Origin: a virus
Taxonomy: Duplodnaviria > Caudoviricetes
IMG/VR virus record: IMGVR_UViG_3300026512_000009
Span: 124 to 64,123 of that record
Length of the DNA: 64,000 nucleotides
Direction: 5' to 3' (one strand)
The translations under genes and the position numbers were made by a program. Below, piece after piece: positions 38,302-51,802 of this stretch. The notes under the pieces are model-generated. The model worked only from the letters and a program-made list of their open reading frames with translations. It was not told the origin of the DNA and ran no database searches. The first letter of the stretch is position 1; every line of letters begins with the position of its first letter.

Positions 38302-38801
38302 TACTTTATCCTTGCTTTATTGAAATCTGCTTTATATAAAGTTGATTTATCTTGACTTTTATTTTTTAACCATTTCTCTCCTGGATGTTTTCCTTTACTC
38401 ATCCATCTATGCCTTTGAGCTGGGTCTTGTTCTCTTGAACTAATTTCTTTAATTGTCTCATTTAATGTACTTTCTGGATTATATCCCATCTTTCTAATTT
38501 CTCCTACAGCAATGACAATGATATCATTTAATGCATCTAGCATTTCTATATTGTCATTATTTAGATCAGCTTCTTTAAACTCTTCTAATTCTTCATATAG
38601 TTTACTGTATGCTTGAGTCGGATTAAAACTTAATCCGTATCTTTCTTCATTTAACTCTACAATTTTATTGATAGGATCTACTTCTACTTGTAATTCATCT
38701 GCAATCTGTCTTAATAACTCAGCATCATTTACATTACCTGCTTCTTCTTCATTGTAATCAGCTAAATCTCTTAGTTTGTTAATCATTTCTTGTCTATTCA
38801 T
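38301..38801 (-). CDS. MazG-like / all-alpha NTP pyrophosphohydrolase
   Basis: KLYEELEEFKEA...EMLDALNDIIVIAVG motif. Confidence 0.8.
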   Translation of the reverse strand: MNRQEMINKLRDLADYNEEEAGNVNDAELLRQIADELQVEVDPINKIVELNEERYGLSFNPTQAYSKLYEELEEFKEADLNNDNIEMLDALNDIIVIAVGEIRKMGYNPESTLNETIKEISSREQDPAQRHRWMSKGKHPGEKWLKNKSQDKSTLYKADFNKARIK

Positions 38802-38966
38802 TTATTCTCCTTTTATAGTACTAGTCGTTTAATATTAGCCATTAAAGCATCTCCACCGTCTCCTATTTATTACAAATTCCCATATCAGGCCATCCAGCTT
38901 TAATTGGTCCTATGTCGCCTCTGTATTCAACATAACCTTTTAAAATCATTATTCACCCTTTTTATT

Positions 38967-39524
38967 TTACTTCTCTATAACCCATTTATAACGCATTATG
39001 TCATCTTGTGTAAACACATAAGGTTTAACAAAGATTTTTTGTGTTATAGGACAAATATCAACAACATCGATATGGGCTTCATAATTCACTTCCGTACCTT
39101 CTTCAAATACACCTAATAAAGGCGGTCTGTTTATCTTAAATTTACTTCCTGGCACATAAATTAAAAAACTATCTTTCCAGAGCTTATGTCTCACTCTGTA
39201 ACCTAATTTCAATAATTCTTTTGCTTCACCAATACTAAAGTCTCCATCTAAAGGTTTATATGGTTTCATTGCTCTGTTGCTAACAAACCAACAATCTGGA
39301 TTTTCTGCAATAGGTTCTTCATTGTTATGTATCTCTTCTATATTATTTATATCTCCCATTACTACACCAACAACATCTCCTGATAATGCTTCCACAATAG
39401 CAGGCTTATCTGCTTTTGAAACACCAATAAAGTCATATTTCTTTAGCAGATTATCTAAATCTAACCTTGTTACTTCTAGCCCTGTATGTATTTTTCCGTC
39501 TCTTAAATACTGTTTTATCCTCAT
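38967..39524 (-). CDS. DUF2829 (Tad2-like) domain protein with extra N-terminal domain
   Basis: FSIGEAKELLKLGYRVRHKLW...FLIYVPG...HID...PYVFTQDDIMRYKW. Confidence 0.75.
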   Translation of the reverse strand: MRIKQYLRDGKIHTGLEVTRLDLDNLLKKYDFIGVSKADKPAIVEALSGDVVGVVMGDINNIEEIHNNEEPIAENPDCWFVSNRAMKPYKPLDGDFSIGEAKELLKLGYRVRHKLWKDSFLIYVPGSKFKINRPPLLGVFEEGTEVNYEAHIDVVDICPITQKIFVKPYVFTQDDIMRYKWVIEK

Positions 39525-39781
39525 ATTAAACCTTTATAATTCTTCTTGATACAACTATTTCCATATGTTTTTGATTCTTTCTCTATTTCCACATAGCCTT
39601 TCTCAAAAGCCTCTTTTGGACTCCAACTTTTATAACCATCTTCGTATTCAACATAATACCCTTCTTGTTCGTCTTTCCCTACATCATAATCTCTAACATA
39701 TCCCCAATGACCTGCCTCATGATATTTCATTGGTTTTGCTTTTACTACTTTAATAGACCTATACTCTTTTAATTCATCCAT
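39521..39781 (-). CDS. Small phage protein of the type often fused to DUF2829
   Basis: Y..IKVVKAKPM...GYYVEYEDGYKSWSPKEAFEKGY. Confidence 0.7.
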   Translation of the reverse strand: MDELKEYRSIKVVKAKPMKYHEAGHWGYVRDYDVGKDEQEGYYVEYEDGYKSWSPKEAFEKGYVEIEKESKTYGNSCIKKNYKGLI

Positions 39782-39839
39782 TTTGTAATCCTTTTTACTT
39801 TTTACTTTTTACTTTTTAAACTCAATACTTAACATTTAG

Positions 39840-40526
39840 TCAATCTTCTAATTCTCTATATGTTTCTATAAGAAACTTATCGTCTGGAAGTGGGTAAGAC
39901 AGATAATTAGTGTATGAAGTTCCTTTTCTACAACCTTTTGTAGTAAATGTACAATCATTTTTCGCATCATAAAATCGAATAACTTTATCCGTTTCTGGTC
40001 CATTCCAGCATATAATTAACTGTTTATCATGTAATCCTCTTACTGGATTGTAAGCTACATCTTGCCAATAGTCGTTAGTATGTTCAAACCACTCTTCAGA
40101 CTCATAACCTATATAATAAGGTGAGTCTGGCATTTTAAATACTACTATTCCTTGTTTAGGTCCTGTAAATTTAACTATAACCTCTTTACTTGTTCCTTTA
40201 TTAGCAATTTTGAAAATAGGATAACTAAACTCTGACTTAACTCTATATTTAATGTCAGGAGTCCATAAACAATGTGCAGTTACCAACCATTTTTTTAAAT
40301 ATTTATTATAGTATTCAAACACTGTAGAAGGTTTATCAATTTGCAATTTCCTTAATTTAGCATGCTTATCGTTTACTATATAATGACAATTTTCACTCCA
40401 GCTACAATCTTCAAACCCTATTTTAAACCATTCACCGTTATTAATAAATTTATCTTTAACCCATATTTTAGGTTCTTTTCGATTTTTTAGCCATCTTTGT
40501 ATTTCTTTCTTATGTTCTTTTAACAC
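39840..40526 (-). CDS. Hypothetical Trp-rich protein
   Basis: 228-aa ORF. Confidence 0.6.
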   Translation of the reverse strand: MLKEHKKEIQRWLKNRKEPKIWVKDKFINNGEWFKIGFEDCSWSENCHYIVNDKHAKLRKLQIDKPSTVFEYYNKYLKKWLVTAHCLWTPDIKYRVKSEFSYPIFKIANKGTSKEVIVKFTGPKQGIVVFKMPDSPYYIGYESEEWFEHTNDYWQDVAYNPVRGLHDKQLIICWNGPETDKVIRFYDAKNDCTFTTKGCRKGTSYTNYLSYPLPDDKFLIETYRELED

Positions 40527-40527
40527 T

Positions 40528-40863
40528 TTATTCTCCTTTAATTATATAATAAACATTAAGATGTTTATTATTTTGTGAATTTTCAATAATTGTACTAACT
40601 TTAAAGTTTTTAACTAACTCTTTATAAATATTAGCAATATTATTAGATAAATTATCGTTTATACTAAATTGGTACTTTATATAATTTTTATCTTTAATAA
40701 AATTATTTACATCTCCTAACCAAATTGTATAATCTACTAAACTTTTACTACTACAATGACTAACTCCAATTAAGTTTGAACTATCGTGTTCTTTTTCAGC
40801 AAGTTTCCAAATCTTTGGAATATCTTTAATACTATATACTTTATACAGTTTTTTACTTTTCAT
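40528..40863 (-). CDS. Hypothetical protein
   Basis: 111-aa ORF with RBS. Confidence 0.6.
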   Translation of the reverse strand: MKSKKLYKVYSIKDIPKIWKLAEKEHDSSNLIGVSHCSSKSLVDYTIWLGDVNNFIKDKNYIKYQFSINDNLSNNIANIYKELVKNFKVSTIIENSQNNKHLNVYYIIKGE

Positions 40864-41084
40864 CTTATATCCTTTAATTTTAAGTAGAATAAATTACTAT
40901 TCAATTAACCTATCTACATTATGTTCTTTCTATAGTTATTTTATACCTTTTAACTTCTTCTATTTTATGTTCATATTCATTATAAGGATCGTATTTCTCA
41001 TCTTTATTAAGTAATTCTAAATAATCTATACAATCATTATAAGACCCTACAAACATAATAGTGATATCTAATATTTTAGCTGTT

Positions 41085-41453
41085 CTAACTATCGCGTAAA
41101 TTCTCATTACTGTTACCTTCAACCCATTCTCCGTTTTTTCTTATAACTTGAATTGTCTTAACATCAGTTACATTTTCAGTCTTTTCTAACTCATCACAAA
41201 CTAATTTAGCATATGCTGATAAATCTCTCCATGAGTCTAAGTAATAAGGATCTCCATTTAAAATTCTAGCTAGTTTATGGATAATCATATCTAATCCTTC
41301 CATAATAACCATATTAGCTTCTCTTCTTTCTTTATCTAACTTTAAATCTGTATATACTTTATTTTTAATACTTTGACTTATTTCTGCAAATGAAGAGAAA
41401 GAGCCGTATCTTTTTCCTCTCTCTTCTAATAACTTTTCTGTAGTCTTATTCAT
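41085..41453 (-). CDS. DUF6378-like protein
   Basis: LEERGKRYG.F...MIIHKLARILNGDP.Y.DSW.D..AY. Confidence 0.7.
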   Translation of the reverse strand: MNKTTEKLLEERGKRYGSFSSFAEISQSIKNKVYTDLKLDKERREANMVIMEGLDMIIHKLARILNGDPYYLDSWRDLSAYAKLVCDELEKTENVTDVKTIQVIRKNGEWVEGNSNENLRDS

Positions 41454-41652
41454 TATCTTCTCCTTCGTATACTTCGTATACACTTAAACATAACATATCA
41501 TCTTTAATATACTTTTCTTTATCGATTACCATAAACACTAAACCGTTACACTCTAGCTCCTCTAACAGAGCATCTAAATACTTAGTTTCTGTTTTATACA
41601 ATCTTACTTCCCCTAATCCTGATAAGGCTACTACATATATACTATCTTCCAT
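41446..41652 (-). CDS. Hypothetical protein
   Basis: 68-aa ORF. Confidence 0.5.
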   Translation of the reverse strand: MEDSIYVVALSGLGEVRLYKTETKYLDALLEELECNGLVFMVIDKEKYIKDDMLCLSVYEVYEGEDNE

Positions 41653-42742
41653 ACTTCAACCTTTCTTTAAAATCTTTAGGAATATCTTTATTAAGTTTAC
41701 CTAATAAGTAATTCACACCATCAGACTCGTTTAAAGCTACTTGCAAATTAGATGTATTTACATATTTACTAACCCAAGTACAAGGATTGTTTATCTTATC
41801 AGTTAAAGGGTTTAAACCTAAAGAACCCATTAGTTTATACATATTGTAATCAATATACTTTTTTAGTATCTTATCATTTAAACCTAGTAAATTAATTATC
41901 TTATCTTTAGGGAATAGGTAATCAACCCACATATAATCTAATTCTCTAGCTAAACTATAAGCTTTATAAACCCAAGGTTCTAAATCTTTAAATATTTGAA
42001 TATACTCAGAGTCTTTTCTAAGTCTATTAAGCAAGTAAACCGTCATAGCTAAATGGTTAGACTCATCCATATGGATCTTACCTATAGTTTTAGCTGAAGA
42101 CTCCATCATACCGTTTTCGCTAAATGCATAAGTAGTTACAAATGATGATTGAAACATTCCACCTTCTAATATGTTTAAGGTATATAATGCTTTAACTAAT
42201 AACATTTTATGGTATTCTTCATTATATTCTACATGACCTACTAATACTCTTTTTGCATTATACTCATAGATTTCATTAAACATATCAGTAAGCAATCTAC
42301 CTCTTTTAAGTATGTTTTCATTAACCATAATATCATCAAATTCATTAGTTGAATTTAAAGGCAATGCTTTAATGATCTCTGCATATGATTGAGTATGGAT
42401 ATCTTCTTGAAAAGCATGTACTGCCCACCAACTCTCTAGTTGAGGGTTAGTTGTAATAGGTTTAAATACTTCACTAACACTTCTTTCTGCTACTGAGTCT
42501 AACAGGGTTTGAAATTTAAGGTTTTTAACAAATAGTTCTTGTAATTCTGATTCCATAGTATAATAATCTACAGCATCTTGTGTATAACTAAAGTCATGTT
42601 TAAACCAAGTAAGTCCTAAAGCTCTATCTGTTGTCTTTAAAATCCATTGTTCGATAGCTAGATCAAGTCTAACTATATTCCTACCTTTACCAAAGAACAA
42701 AGGTTCTTTAGTAAAATCTATTATGTTATTATCAAATATCAT
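41642..42742 (-). CDS. nrdB: Ribonucleotide reductase class Ia beta subunit
   Basis: FQTLLDSV, EDIHTQSY (radical Tyr), LEGGMFQSSF, DESNH. Confidence 0.95.
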   Translation of the reverse strand: MIFDNNIIDFTKEPLFFGKGRNIVRLDLAIEQWILKTTDRALGLTWFKHDFSYTQDAVDYYTMESELQELFVKNLKFQTLLDSVAERSVSEVFKPITTNPQLESWWAVHAFQEDIHTQSYAEIIKALPLNSTNEFDDIMVNENILKRGRLLTDMFNEIYEYNAKRVLVGHVEYNEEYHKMLLVKALYTLNILEGGMFQSSFVTTYAFSENGMMESSAKTIGKIHMDESNHLAMTVYLLNRLRKDSEYIQIFKDLEPWVYKAYSLARELDYMWVDYLFPKDKIINLLGLNDKILKKYIDYNMYKLMGSLGLNPLTDKINNPCTWVSKYVNTSNLQVALNESDGVNYLLGKLNKDIPKDFKERLKYGR

Positions 42743-44946
42743 ACTTCACATCCTCCACTAGAACAACTAACCTGTTCTGTCATGTTGTCTTTTACATAAG
42801 TATTATTATAATACAAAGTTTTAATACCTAACCTTTTAGCTAAAAACATATCTTCCATCAAGTCTACAATTGGTACTTTACCGTCTTCATATAGCTCAGG
42901 ATTATAAAAGGTATTAGCACTAATTCCTTGATCAATCCAATCTTGTACGACTGCTACATGCTCTAAGAAGTCTTTAGTTATATCTTTTCTACTAAATGCA
43001 TAGTCATACTTATCTGCTAATCTAAGCCCTTCTGGGGCAAATTGGATAATAGGATCTTTCTTACTACCTTTTACAGTAACGATGTCTCTAATAGGCTCTA
43101 TACCACTAGTACTATTAGATATTACACTACTAGTTTCACTAGGAGGTATCATTGATAAAGCAGCATTAGCTATACCAAATTCTTTAGCTTTAGTTATAAG
43201 CTTATCCCAAGGTAGTCTTGATCTTTCAATAGGGTAAGGTACTTTACCTTCACTAATTATCTTAGTTTTGTTAGCCAATTTACAAGACTTATCAAACTCC
43301 TTAGCATACTCAATAGAAGCATCTACTAAACCATACTGGAAATATTCCATCCATTCATCTAAAGCTTCTAATGCTTCTTTATCTCCGTATTTCCATCCAT
43401 GTTTAGCTACCCAATAAGCATGATTAGCAAAACCAATACCTAATGAAGCATAAGCATCTACGAAAGCTTGTCCTCCTGCAGTAGGTTGTTCTTGTCTATG
43501 CATAATTTCATTTAATCCATAAACTAAAAGTCTAGTTATTGAAGGTAACTCAGTGATATCCACATTAGCTTGATTGATATTAGCTAATATACAAATACCT
43601 ACATTAGGCTCTTTTGATTCCTCACTAATTTCCGTAATAGGTTTAGTAGGACTAATAAATTCCATACAGATATTAGATTGAGTAATAGGTTCTGTATAAG
43701 GAGTTCTCTTATTAGCTTCATCTACATTAAATACATAATATACTCCATTTTCAAACCTTTCAGTTAGAAACATTGTAAGTAAATCTAATGCTTTAATTGT
43801 TCTATGTTCTTCTTGAGTACTCGCTTCAATACCCTCATAAACTCTTTTAAACTTTCCATAATCATTGCTATCAAAAGCTTTCTGTAATTCAGGGTACTTT
43901 CTTACACTCAACAAAGTAATATACCCATCTTCTAAAACTCTATCATAGAATAATTGATTAAACTTAATAGCATATTTAAGATCGTTAATCCTTTTAGCTA
44001 CATCTGTTCTAGGAGATTTTAAAGCTAAAATACTCTCTATCTCTGGATCAAAGAAATTTATATACGCTACTGCTTGTCCTCTTCTTCCATTTTGAGTAGA
44101 AGTCTGAATTAAAGCGTCTAATGCTTTTAACAACGGAATTTTACCTCCGTGTGTAATTTGTCCTTTTTTAACTTTATCTCCTATACTTGAAATGCTAGAT
44201 ACATCTACACCTATACCTGCATTAGCTACTGTATGTTTTACAACAGCTTTAAATCCTGTAGTCCAACTAGATATACTATCTCCTATATTTAAAGCTACAC
44301 AACTTGCATAACTAGTATTAGTAGTTCTTAAAGCTTTCATCATAGGAGTAGGTAAAGATACTTTAAAGTTACTTAATGCTTTATACATTTCAATTACATA
44401 CTGTAATCTTAATGTTTTAGGTTTTATATCTAAAAACATATCCATAGCAATAGTCATAAACATGACTTGAGGGTCTTCTATTACACCTTTAATCATATAC
44501 TTATCTTTTAAGTACTTAAGACCAATATAACTAAAATTAAAATTATTTTCGTATTCAATTGCTTTTTCAAGCACAAGTATCTCTTCTATTGAATAATCAA
44601 CCATTAATGATTTTTTATAATATTTATAATATGTAAACTTACTTAAAACATCTAAAAACCTTATAGGTTCATGTCCTTTATACACATTCTTATATATGTC
44701 AGACATTAACAACCTTGCAGCAACTTTATCGTAATCTGGGGTTCTAGCTGAAACCATATCAACTATTGTTTTAATTACCTTTTGATGTATATCTTCTGTT
44801 TTAATACCGTCAAATAAATGCAATTTTAGATTAACCTCTATATCGGATGGACTAACATCAAGACCTTCACATGCCCAACTAATAGAGTCTGAAATCTTAC
44901 GTATATTTAGTTTCTCTATTGAACCGTCTCTTTTTACTACTTTCAT
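42739..44946 (-). CDS. nrdA: Ribonucleotide reductase class Ia alpha subunit with ATP cone
   Basis: VVKRDG, SLPTP, ASC, QSNICME, PPSETSS, KTLYY, C-terminal CxxxxC. Confidence 0.96.
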   Translation of the reverse strand: MKVVKRDGSIEKLNIRKISDSISWACEGLDVSPSDIEVNLKLHLFDGIKTEDIHQKVIKTIVDMVSARTPDYDKVAARLLMSDIYKNVYKGHEPIRFLDVLSKFTYYKYYKKSLMVDYSIEEILVLEKAIEYENNFNFSYIGLKYLKDKYMIKGVIEDPQVMFMTIAMDMFLDIKPKTLRLQYVIEMYKALSNFKVSLPTPMMKALRTTNTSYASCVALNIGDSISSWTTGFKAVVKHTVANAGIGVDVSSISSIGDKVKKGQITHGGKIPLLKALDALIQTSTQNGRRGQAVAYINFFDPEIESILALKSPRTDVAKRINDLKYAIKFNQLFYDRVLEDGYITLLSVRKYPELQKAFDSNDYGKFKRVYEGIEASTQEEHRTIKALDLLTMFLTERFENGVYYVFNVDEANKRTPYTEPITQSNICMEFISPTKPITEISEESKEPNVGICILANINQANVDITELPSITRLLVYGLNEIMHRQEQPTAGGQAFVDAYASLGIGFANHAYWVAKHGWKYGDKEALEALDEWMEYFQYGLVDASIEYAKEFDKSCKLANKTKIISEGKVPYPIERSRLPWDKLITKAKEFGIANAALSMIPPSETSSVISNSTSGIEPIRDIVTVKGSKKDPIIQFAPEGLRLADKYDYAFSRKDITKDFLEHVAVVQDWIDQGISANTFYNPELYEDGKVPIVDLMEDMFLAKRLGIKTLYYNNTYVKDNMTEQVSCSSGGCEV

Positions 44947-44950
44947 TCTT

Positions 44951-45190
44951 TTAAATCCTTATTGTAATTCCGTATATATTTATCAATAACCAAATACTAT
45001 TTAATACTATTAATCCTTTACTTTTTATATCGATCCCATATAGTATAAAAGAGGTACAACTAATAGTATAAATAATAAATGGTATAGCATTAGTAATACC
45101 ACTAGCTAACATAAAAGAAGCCATTATACCTGTGAGTACTCCTAACCATTCATAGATAAACCTACGGTTAATTGTTATCCTCATTATCAT
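44951..45190 (-). CDS. Small three-TM membrane protein
   Basis: Hydrophobic; EWLG...INIYGI. Confidence 0.6.
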   Translation of the reverse strand: MIMRITINRRFIYEWLGVLTGIMASFMLASGITNAIPFIIYTISCTSFILYGIDIKSKGLIVLNSIWLLINIYGITIRI

Positions 45191-45422
45191 ATCCTTCTGG
45201 TAATAGGTCTATAATTGTATCTAAACTTTTTATATTTTCTTCTAATTCTTTAATAGTAGCTTGATGGTAAACTGCTATAAAACTATATTTATCTGGTATA
45301 CCTGACCATTTATTTAATTCTTCCAATCTACTTATGTTTAAACTATCTCGTAAGAGATTTAACTCTGTACGAGTAGTCCTAGAGATAGGATAAACTATAA
45401 GGTCTTTAGTTAGACTTACCAT
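45168..45422 (-). CDS. Hypothetical protein
   Basis: 84-aa ORF. Confidence 0.55.
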   Translation of the reverse strand: MVSLTKDLIVYPISRTTRTELNLLRDSLNISRLEELNKWSGIPDKYSFIAVYHQATIKELEENIKSLDTIIDLLPEGYDNEDNN

Positions 45423-45690
45423 TTTTCTGTTCCCTTTTAGGTCTAATGGTAATTTTGTTATTAGCTCTTTTATCTACACATTTAAACTTACTTTCAATAA
45501 CTCTAAGATGTTTTCTAAAGTTTACGCTATCTTTTTGCATGTTAAAAGTTCTAAATCTAACTCTTCTAGACATTGCTTTATTGTACTTATTCTTTTTAAG
45601 TAGTCTAATAAGTTTATTAACTTCTTCTAATTGTTCCTGTAAGATAGAAGAGTAATCTTCTAATCTTGTTAATTCTTTACTAGTAGTCAT
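45406..45690 (-). CDS. Basic hypothetical protein
   Basis: 94-aa ORF. Confidence 0.55.
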   Translation of the reverse strand: MTTSKELTRLEDYSSILQEQLEEVNKLIRLLKKNKYNKAMSRRVRFRTFNMQKDSVNFRKHLRVIESKFKCVDKRANNKITIRPKREQKNGKSN

Positions 45691-46358
45691 TATTTAGCTC
45701 CAAACTTTTTAGCACCAAATGAAGGTTTAGTCTTTTCTGCTTTAGATGCTCCACCAGGGATATCACCTTTCTTTCTACCATTAGCAATCCATGCTTCTAC
45801 TACTTCTTTAGTTAAACCGTCTTTATAAACATCTTTTACATAATTTTTATCTTTTTCAATTTGTTCTGGTTTTTCTACACCTTTAAGGATCTCTTCTGCT
45901 GTAAATCCATCAGTATTATAGAAACCTCTAATTACTTTCTTCTCAGTAATTGAACCTTGATAGATACCGTATTCCATAATAATTTTTACTTTACATTCGA
46001 TATCTGATAAGTCTTCTAATAATGCTACATCTTTTAATGCACCTTCTTTACCTATAGGTAATTCACCATCAACAGAGTCTTCAACTTCTTCAATATCTGC
46101 TATTACTAATAATTGGTTAAAGTATTTAGCTGCAAAGTTTTCACTACCATCTCTATTTGTTAATCTTAAGTTACCGTATAATACTTGTTTTTTACCTTCA
46201 TAATCAATATAGAAATCTACTACCATTGAACCTTTAGGATCTCCATTTAAAAATGCTGCTAAAATGTTAATATCATAAATACCTGATTTGTTAATTACTT
46301 TACTTTCTGCTCTGTCTTTTACTGCTTCTTCTGTTCTTTTTGCTTTAAAAAATGCCAT
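45690..46358 (-). CDS. Single-stranded DNA-binding protein (N4 gp45-like)
   Basis: SGIYDINILAAF start, T.EEI motif, C-terminal ..FG; synteny after the AAA ATPase. Confidence 0.7.
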   Translation of the reverse strand: MAFFKAKRTEEAVKDRAESKVINKSGIYDINILAAFLNGDPKGSMVVDFYIDYEGKKQVLYGNLRLTNRDGSENFAAKYFNQLLVIADIEEVEDSVDGELPIGKEGALKDVALLEDLSDIECKVKIIMEYGIYQGSITEKKVIRGFYNTDGFTAEEILKGVEKPEQIEKDKNYVKDVYKDGLTKEVVEAWIANGRKKGDIPGGASKAEKTKPSFGAKKFGAK

Positions 46359-46392
46359 GTCGAATTCCTTTTTACTTTATTTATAAATATAG

Positions 46393-46424
46393 CTGAACAG
46401 TTTATAAGGACTTATTCAGGTCCT
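46393..46424 (-). promoter_or_regulatory. H-type RNA pseudoknot, copy 2, in the SSB leader
   Basis: AGGAC-CUGAAUAA-GUCCU-UAUAAAC-UGUUCAG. Confidence 0.6.
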
Positions 46425-46435
46425 ATAAGTTTATA

Positions 46436-47101
46436 TTATAAACTCCATTCTTCTGCTTCTTCATTAGACTTTTCTAACAATGAGATATGCTCATTTATAT
46501 CAAATTTATCAATCTCAATATGGTCTGGTAATCCATCATGTAATGTTCTACAAGGGAACTTAGCTGTTTTAAAATGTACAATTCTTTTAGAACCTTTAAG
46601 TTCTATATAAACTGCTTCATCTACTACTGACAGCCAACTACCGTTTTTACCAAATGAACCTGAACTATGTATCTTATAAGTCATAGTATCAGCATTATAT
46701 TGAGTATGTGCTGTAAATACTACATTAATTCCTGATTCTACAATACTTTCTAGAAAAGCATTCAATTCTAGGATATCTCTACCTAGATTCTTATAAACAT
46801 CAAAACCTCTAAACTTCTCATTACAATACTTTTCCATATTATTAGTTAAGTGTGTAATAGAGTCGATTACAATAGTTTTAGGAGGTTTACCTATCTTAGC
46901 TTCATATGCTGCTACTTTTTCTTCAAGTGTACTGATAAAATCATCCATCCCATTATACTCACTATATCTATAATGGGGTACTTTACCTGTAAATGCTTTA
47001 TTATCTGTACTTACAACTAATACGTCATTAATATGACTAATAAGTCTAGTTTTACCTGATCTTTCAAACCCTACTACTGCAAGTTTAATACCTTTACTCA
47101 T
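46436..47101 (-). CDS. AAA_24 / Sak4-like ATPase (N4 gp44-like)
   Basis: GFERSGKT, TIVIDSIT, VVFTAH. Confidence 0.85.
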   Translation of the reverse strand: MSKGIKLAVVGFERSGKTRLISHINDVLVVSTDNKAFTGKVPHYRYSEYNGMDDFISTLEEKVAAYEAKIGKPPKTIVIDSITHLTNNMEKYCNEKFRGFDVYKNLGRDILELNAFLESIVESGINVVFTAHTQYNADTMTYKIHSSGSFGKNGSWLSVVDEAVYIELKGSKRIVHFKTAKFPCRTLHDGLPDHIEIDKFDINEHISLLEKSNEEAEEWSL

Positions 47102-47861
47102 TTAATTCCTCCTTTAATTTCATTGACTTATACAATAACGGTATAAGCTCTGGTTGTTCTCTTTGTTTAATAACTGTTTCCGCTATTAATTCTAAAGTAT
47201 TGTCAATCATTTCCCAATCATCTGCTTGAATTTGTTTATCTACTATAAAAGTTCTTACTCCCATAGTTTTAGTAGGTTGTACAACATAAACTAATCTTAA
47301 CCAATTTATATCTTTACCTTGTTTTCTTAAAATCCATGCATAAGCCATAAGTTGGATTAAATAATTGAAAGGTATAGTATCTCTAGGTTTTTTACTTGCT
47401 GTTTTATAGTCAATTATCATATCACCTTTAATAGCATCAATAGTTCCACCTACATAGATATCTTCTTTAACTTTATGCCATACTGCTTTCTCTACTTCAT
47501 CAGGTTTACCTTTTTGAATAAGATATTGATTTACTACAGCTTCAGCCATTTCAGGGTATAATCCTTTAATCTTAGCTACATCTAAATCTTCACCTATAAG
47601 CTCTGCTTGTTCATCAATATACACATCAATCTCATCTTTAGTTATAGATTTATTTAATGCAAATAATTCTGCAACTTTATGTACAATAGTTCCTAATACT
47701 GTACTAGTACTACCTATAAAGTTTTTCTCTCCTAGAAAGTTTTCTCTATACCAAACAGAAGGGTAAGAAAAGAACTTATCAATTTGAGACGGACTAATCC
47801 TAAACCCTCCTCCTTCTATTTGAATATCGTTATAATCAAACTGCATAAGGTAATACCTCAA
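47094..47861 (-). CDS. PD-(D/E)XK exonuclease
   Basis: ISPSQI, LGTIVH, GGTIDAI..IIDYKT, QLMAYAW. Confidence 0.85.
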   Translation of the reverse strand: MRYYLMQFDYNDIQIEGGGFRISPSQIDKFFSYPSVWYRENFLGEKNFIGSTSTVLGTIVHKVAELFALNKSITKDEIDVYIDEQAELIGEDLDVAKIKGLYPEMAEAVVNQYLIQKGKPDEVEKAVWHKVKEDIYVGGTIDAIKGDMIIDYKTASKKPRDTIPFNYLIQLMAYAWILRKQGKDINWLRLVYVVQPTKTMGVRTFIVDKQIQADDWEMIDNTLELIAETVIKQREQPELIPLLYKSMKLKEELNE

Positions 47862-48138
47862 TACTTATAATTACTGTCATATTGCCTAAAAATTCACAAA
47901 TAGGAATAGAGTTATCTGTATTATCTACCGGATCTGTAGTAAAAGCAAATGCTGCTTTAGATTTATTATAAGCAATATTATATATCTTTTCTCTAACTGT
48001 TGTAGGATCTACTTTACCTGTTTTAATATCTATTTCTCCTAGTAATACTCTTACTAGATCTCCTTTAACTATAGGATTTCCATATTTATCAATTAAACCT
48101 ATTTCCATATTAATCTCCTTTACCTGTTCTAATTGCAA
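47836..48138 (-). CDS. YopX-like protein
   Basis: GLIDKYGNPIVKGDLV. Confidence 0.6.
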   Translation of the reverse strand: MQLEQVKEINMEIGLIDKYGNPIVKGDLVRVLLGEIDIKTGKVDPTTVREKIYNIAYNKSKAAFAFTTDPVDNTDNSIPICEFLGNMTVIISIEVLPYAV

Positions 48139-48339
48139 ATGTTAATATCATGAATGTTATACCTGTAATTATAGGCAATTCTACATGTCCATTAGTAAAA
48201 TATAATGGTCCTGTAAACCATTCTATTATCCAACCTAATAAGTAACCTACACCAAACCTAAGTACTACCATTACTCCAAATACTAGTACAAATAATAAGA
48301 ATACCCCTATTAAAGTAAATACATCTTTTAACGATTCTT

Positions 48340-48343
<4 letters not shown>
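48110..48343 (-). CDS. Small membrane protein
   Basis: Hydrophobic 77-aa ORF. Confidence 0.6.
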
Positions 48344-51415
<3,072 letters not shown>

Positions 51416-51419
<4 letters not shown>

Positions 51420-51784
51420 TGTACTACCCTACCGTGTTTAATCCTATAACCTAATTTAATAGCTCTTGATCTAATAGCTGCTTCAGTTCTACCTATCTTC
51501 TTAGCTAATCTAGCTACTGATTGTTCACTAGCTTTACCCTCTTTAGCTGCATAATGTATTTGATTATCCTCAATAACAGTCCATGTTTTATTTTTAGTTA
51601 CCGGAGTAGATCCTTGTAATTCTTCCAATAGTTGTTTATCTTCTACTGCTTTAGTTTGTTTAAAAGGTTTACTTGTTTCTGTATGAGAAAGTACTACTTG
51701 TTTTTCTACTTTATTATTATTTTTTTCTTGTAAATAAAGCAGATACTCTTCTGCTTCTTTACCTGTTAATTTAATCTCTAACAT
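51416..51784 (-). CDS. Protein with C-terminal Myb/HTH-like domain
   Basis: TWTVIED...LAKKIGRTEAAIRSRA.KLG. Confidence 0.65.
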
Positions 51785-51802
51785 TATTACTCCTTAACAG
51801 TA

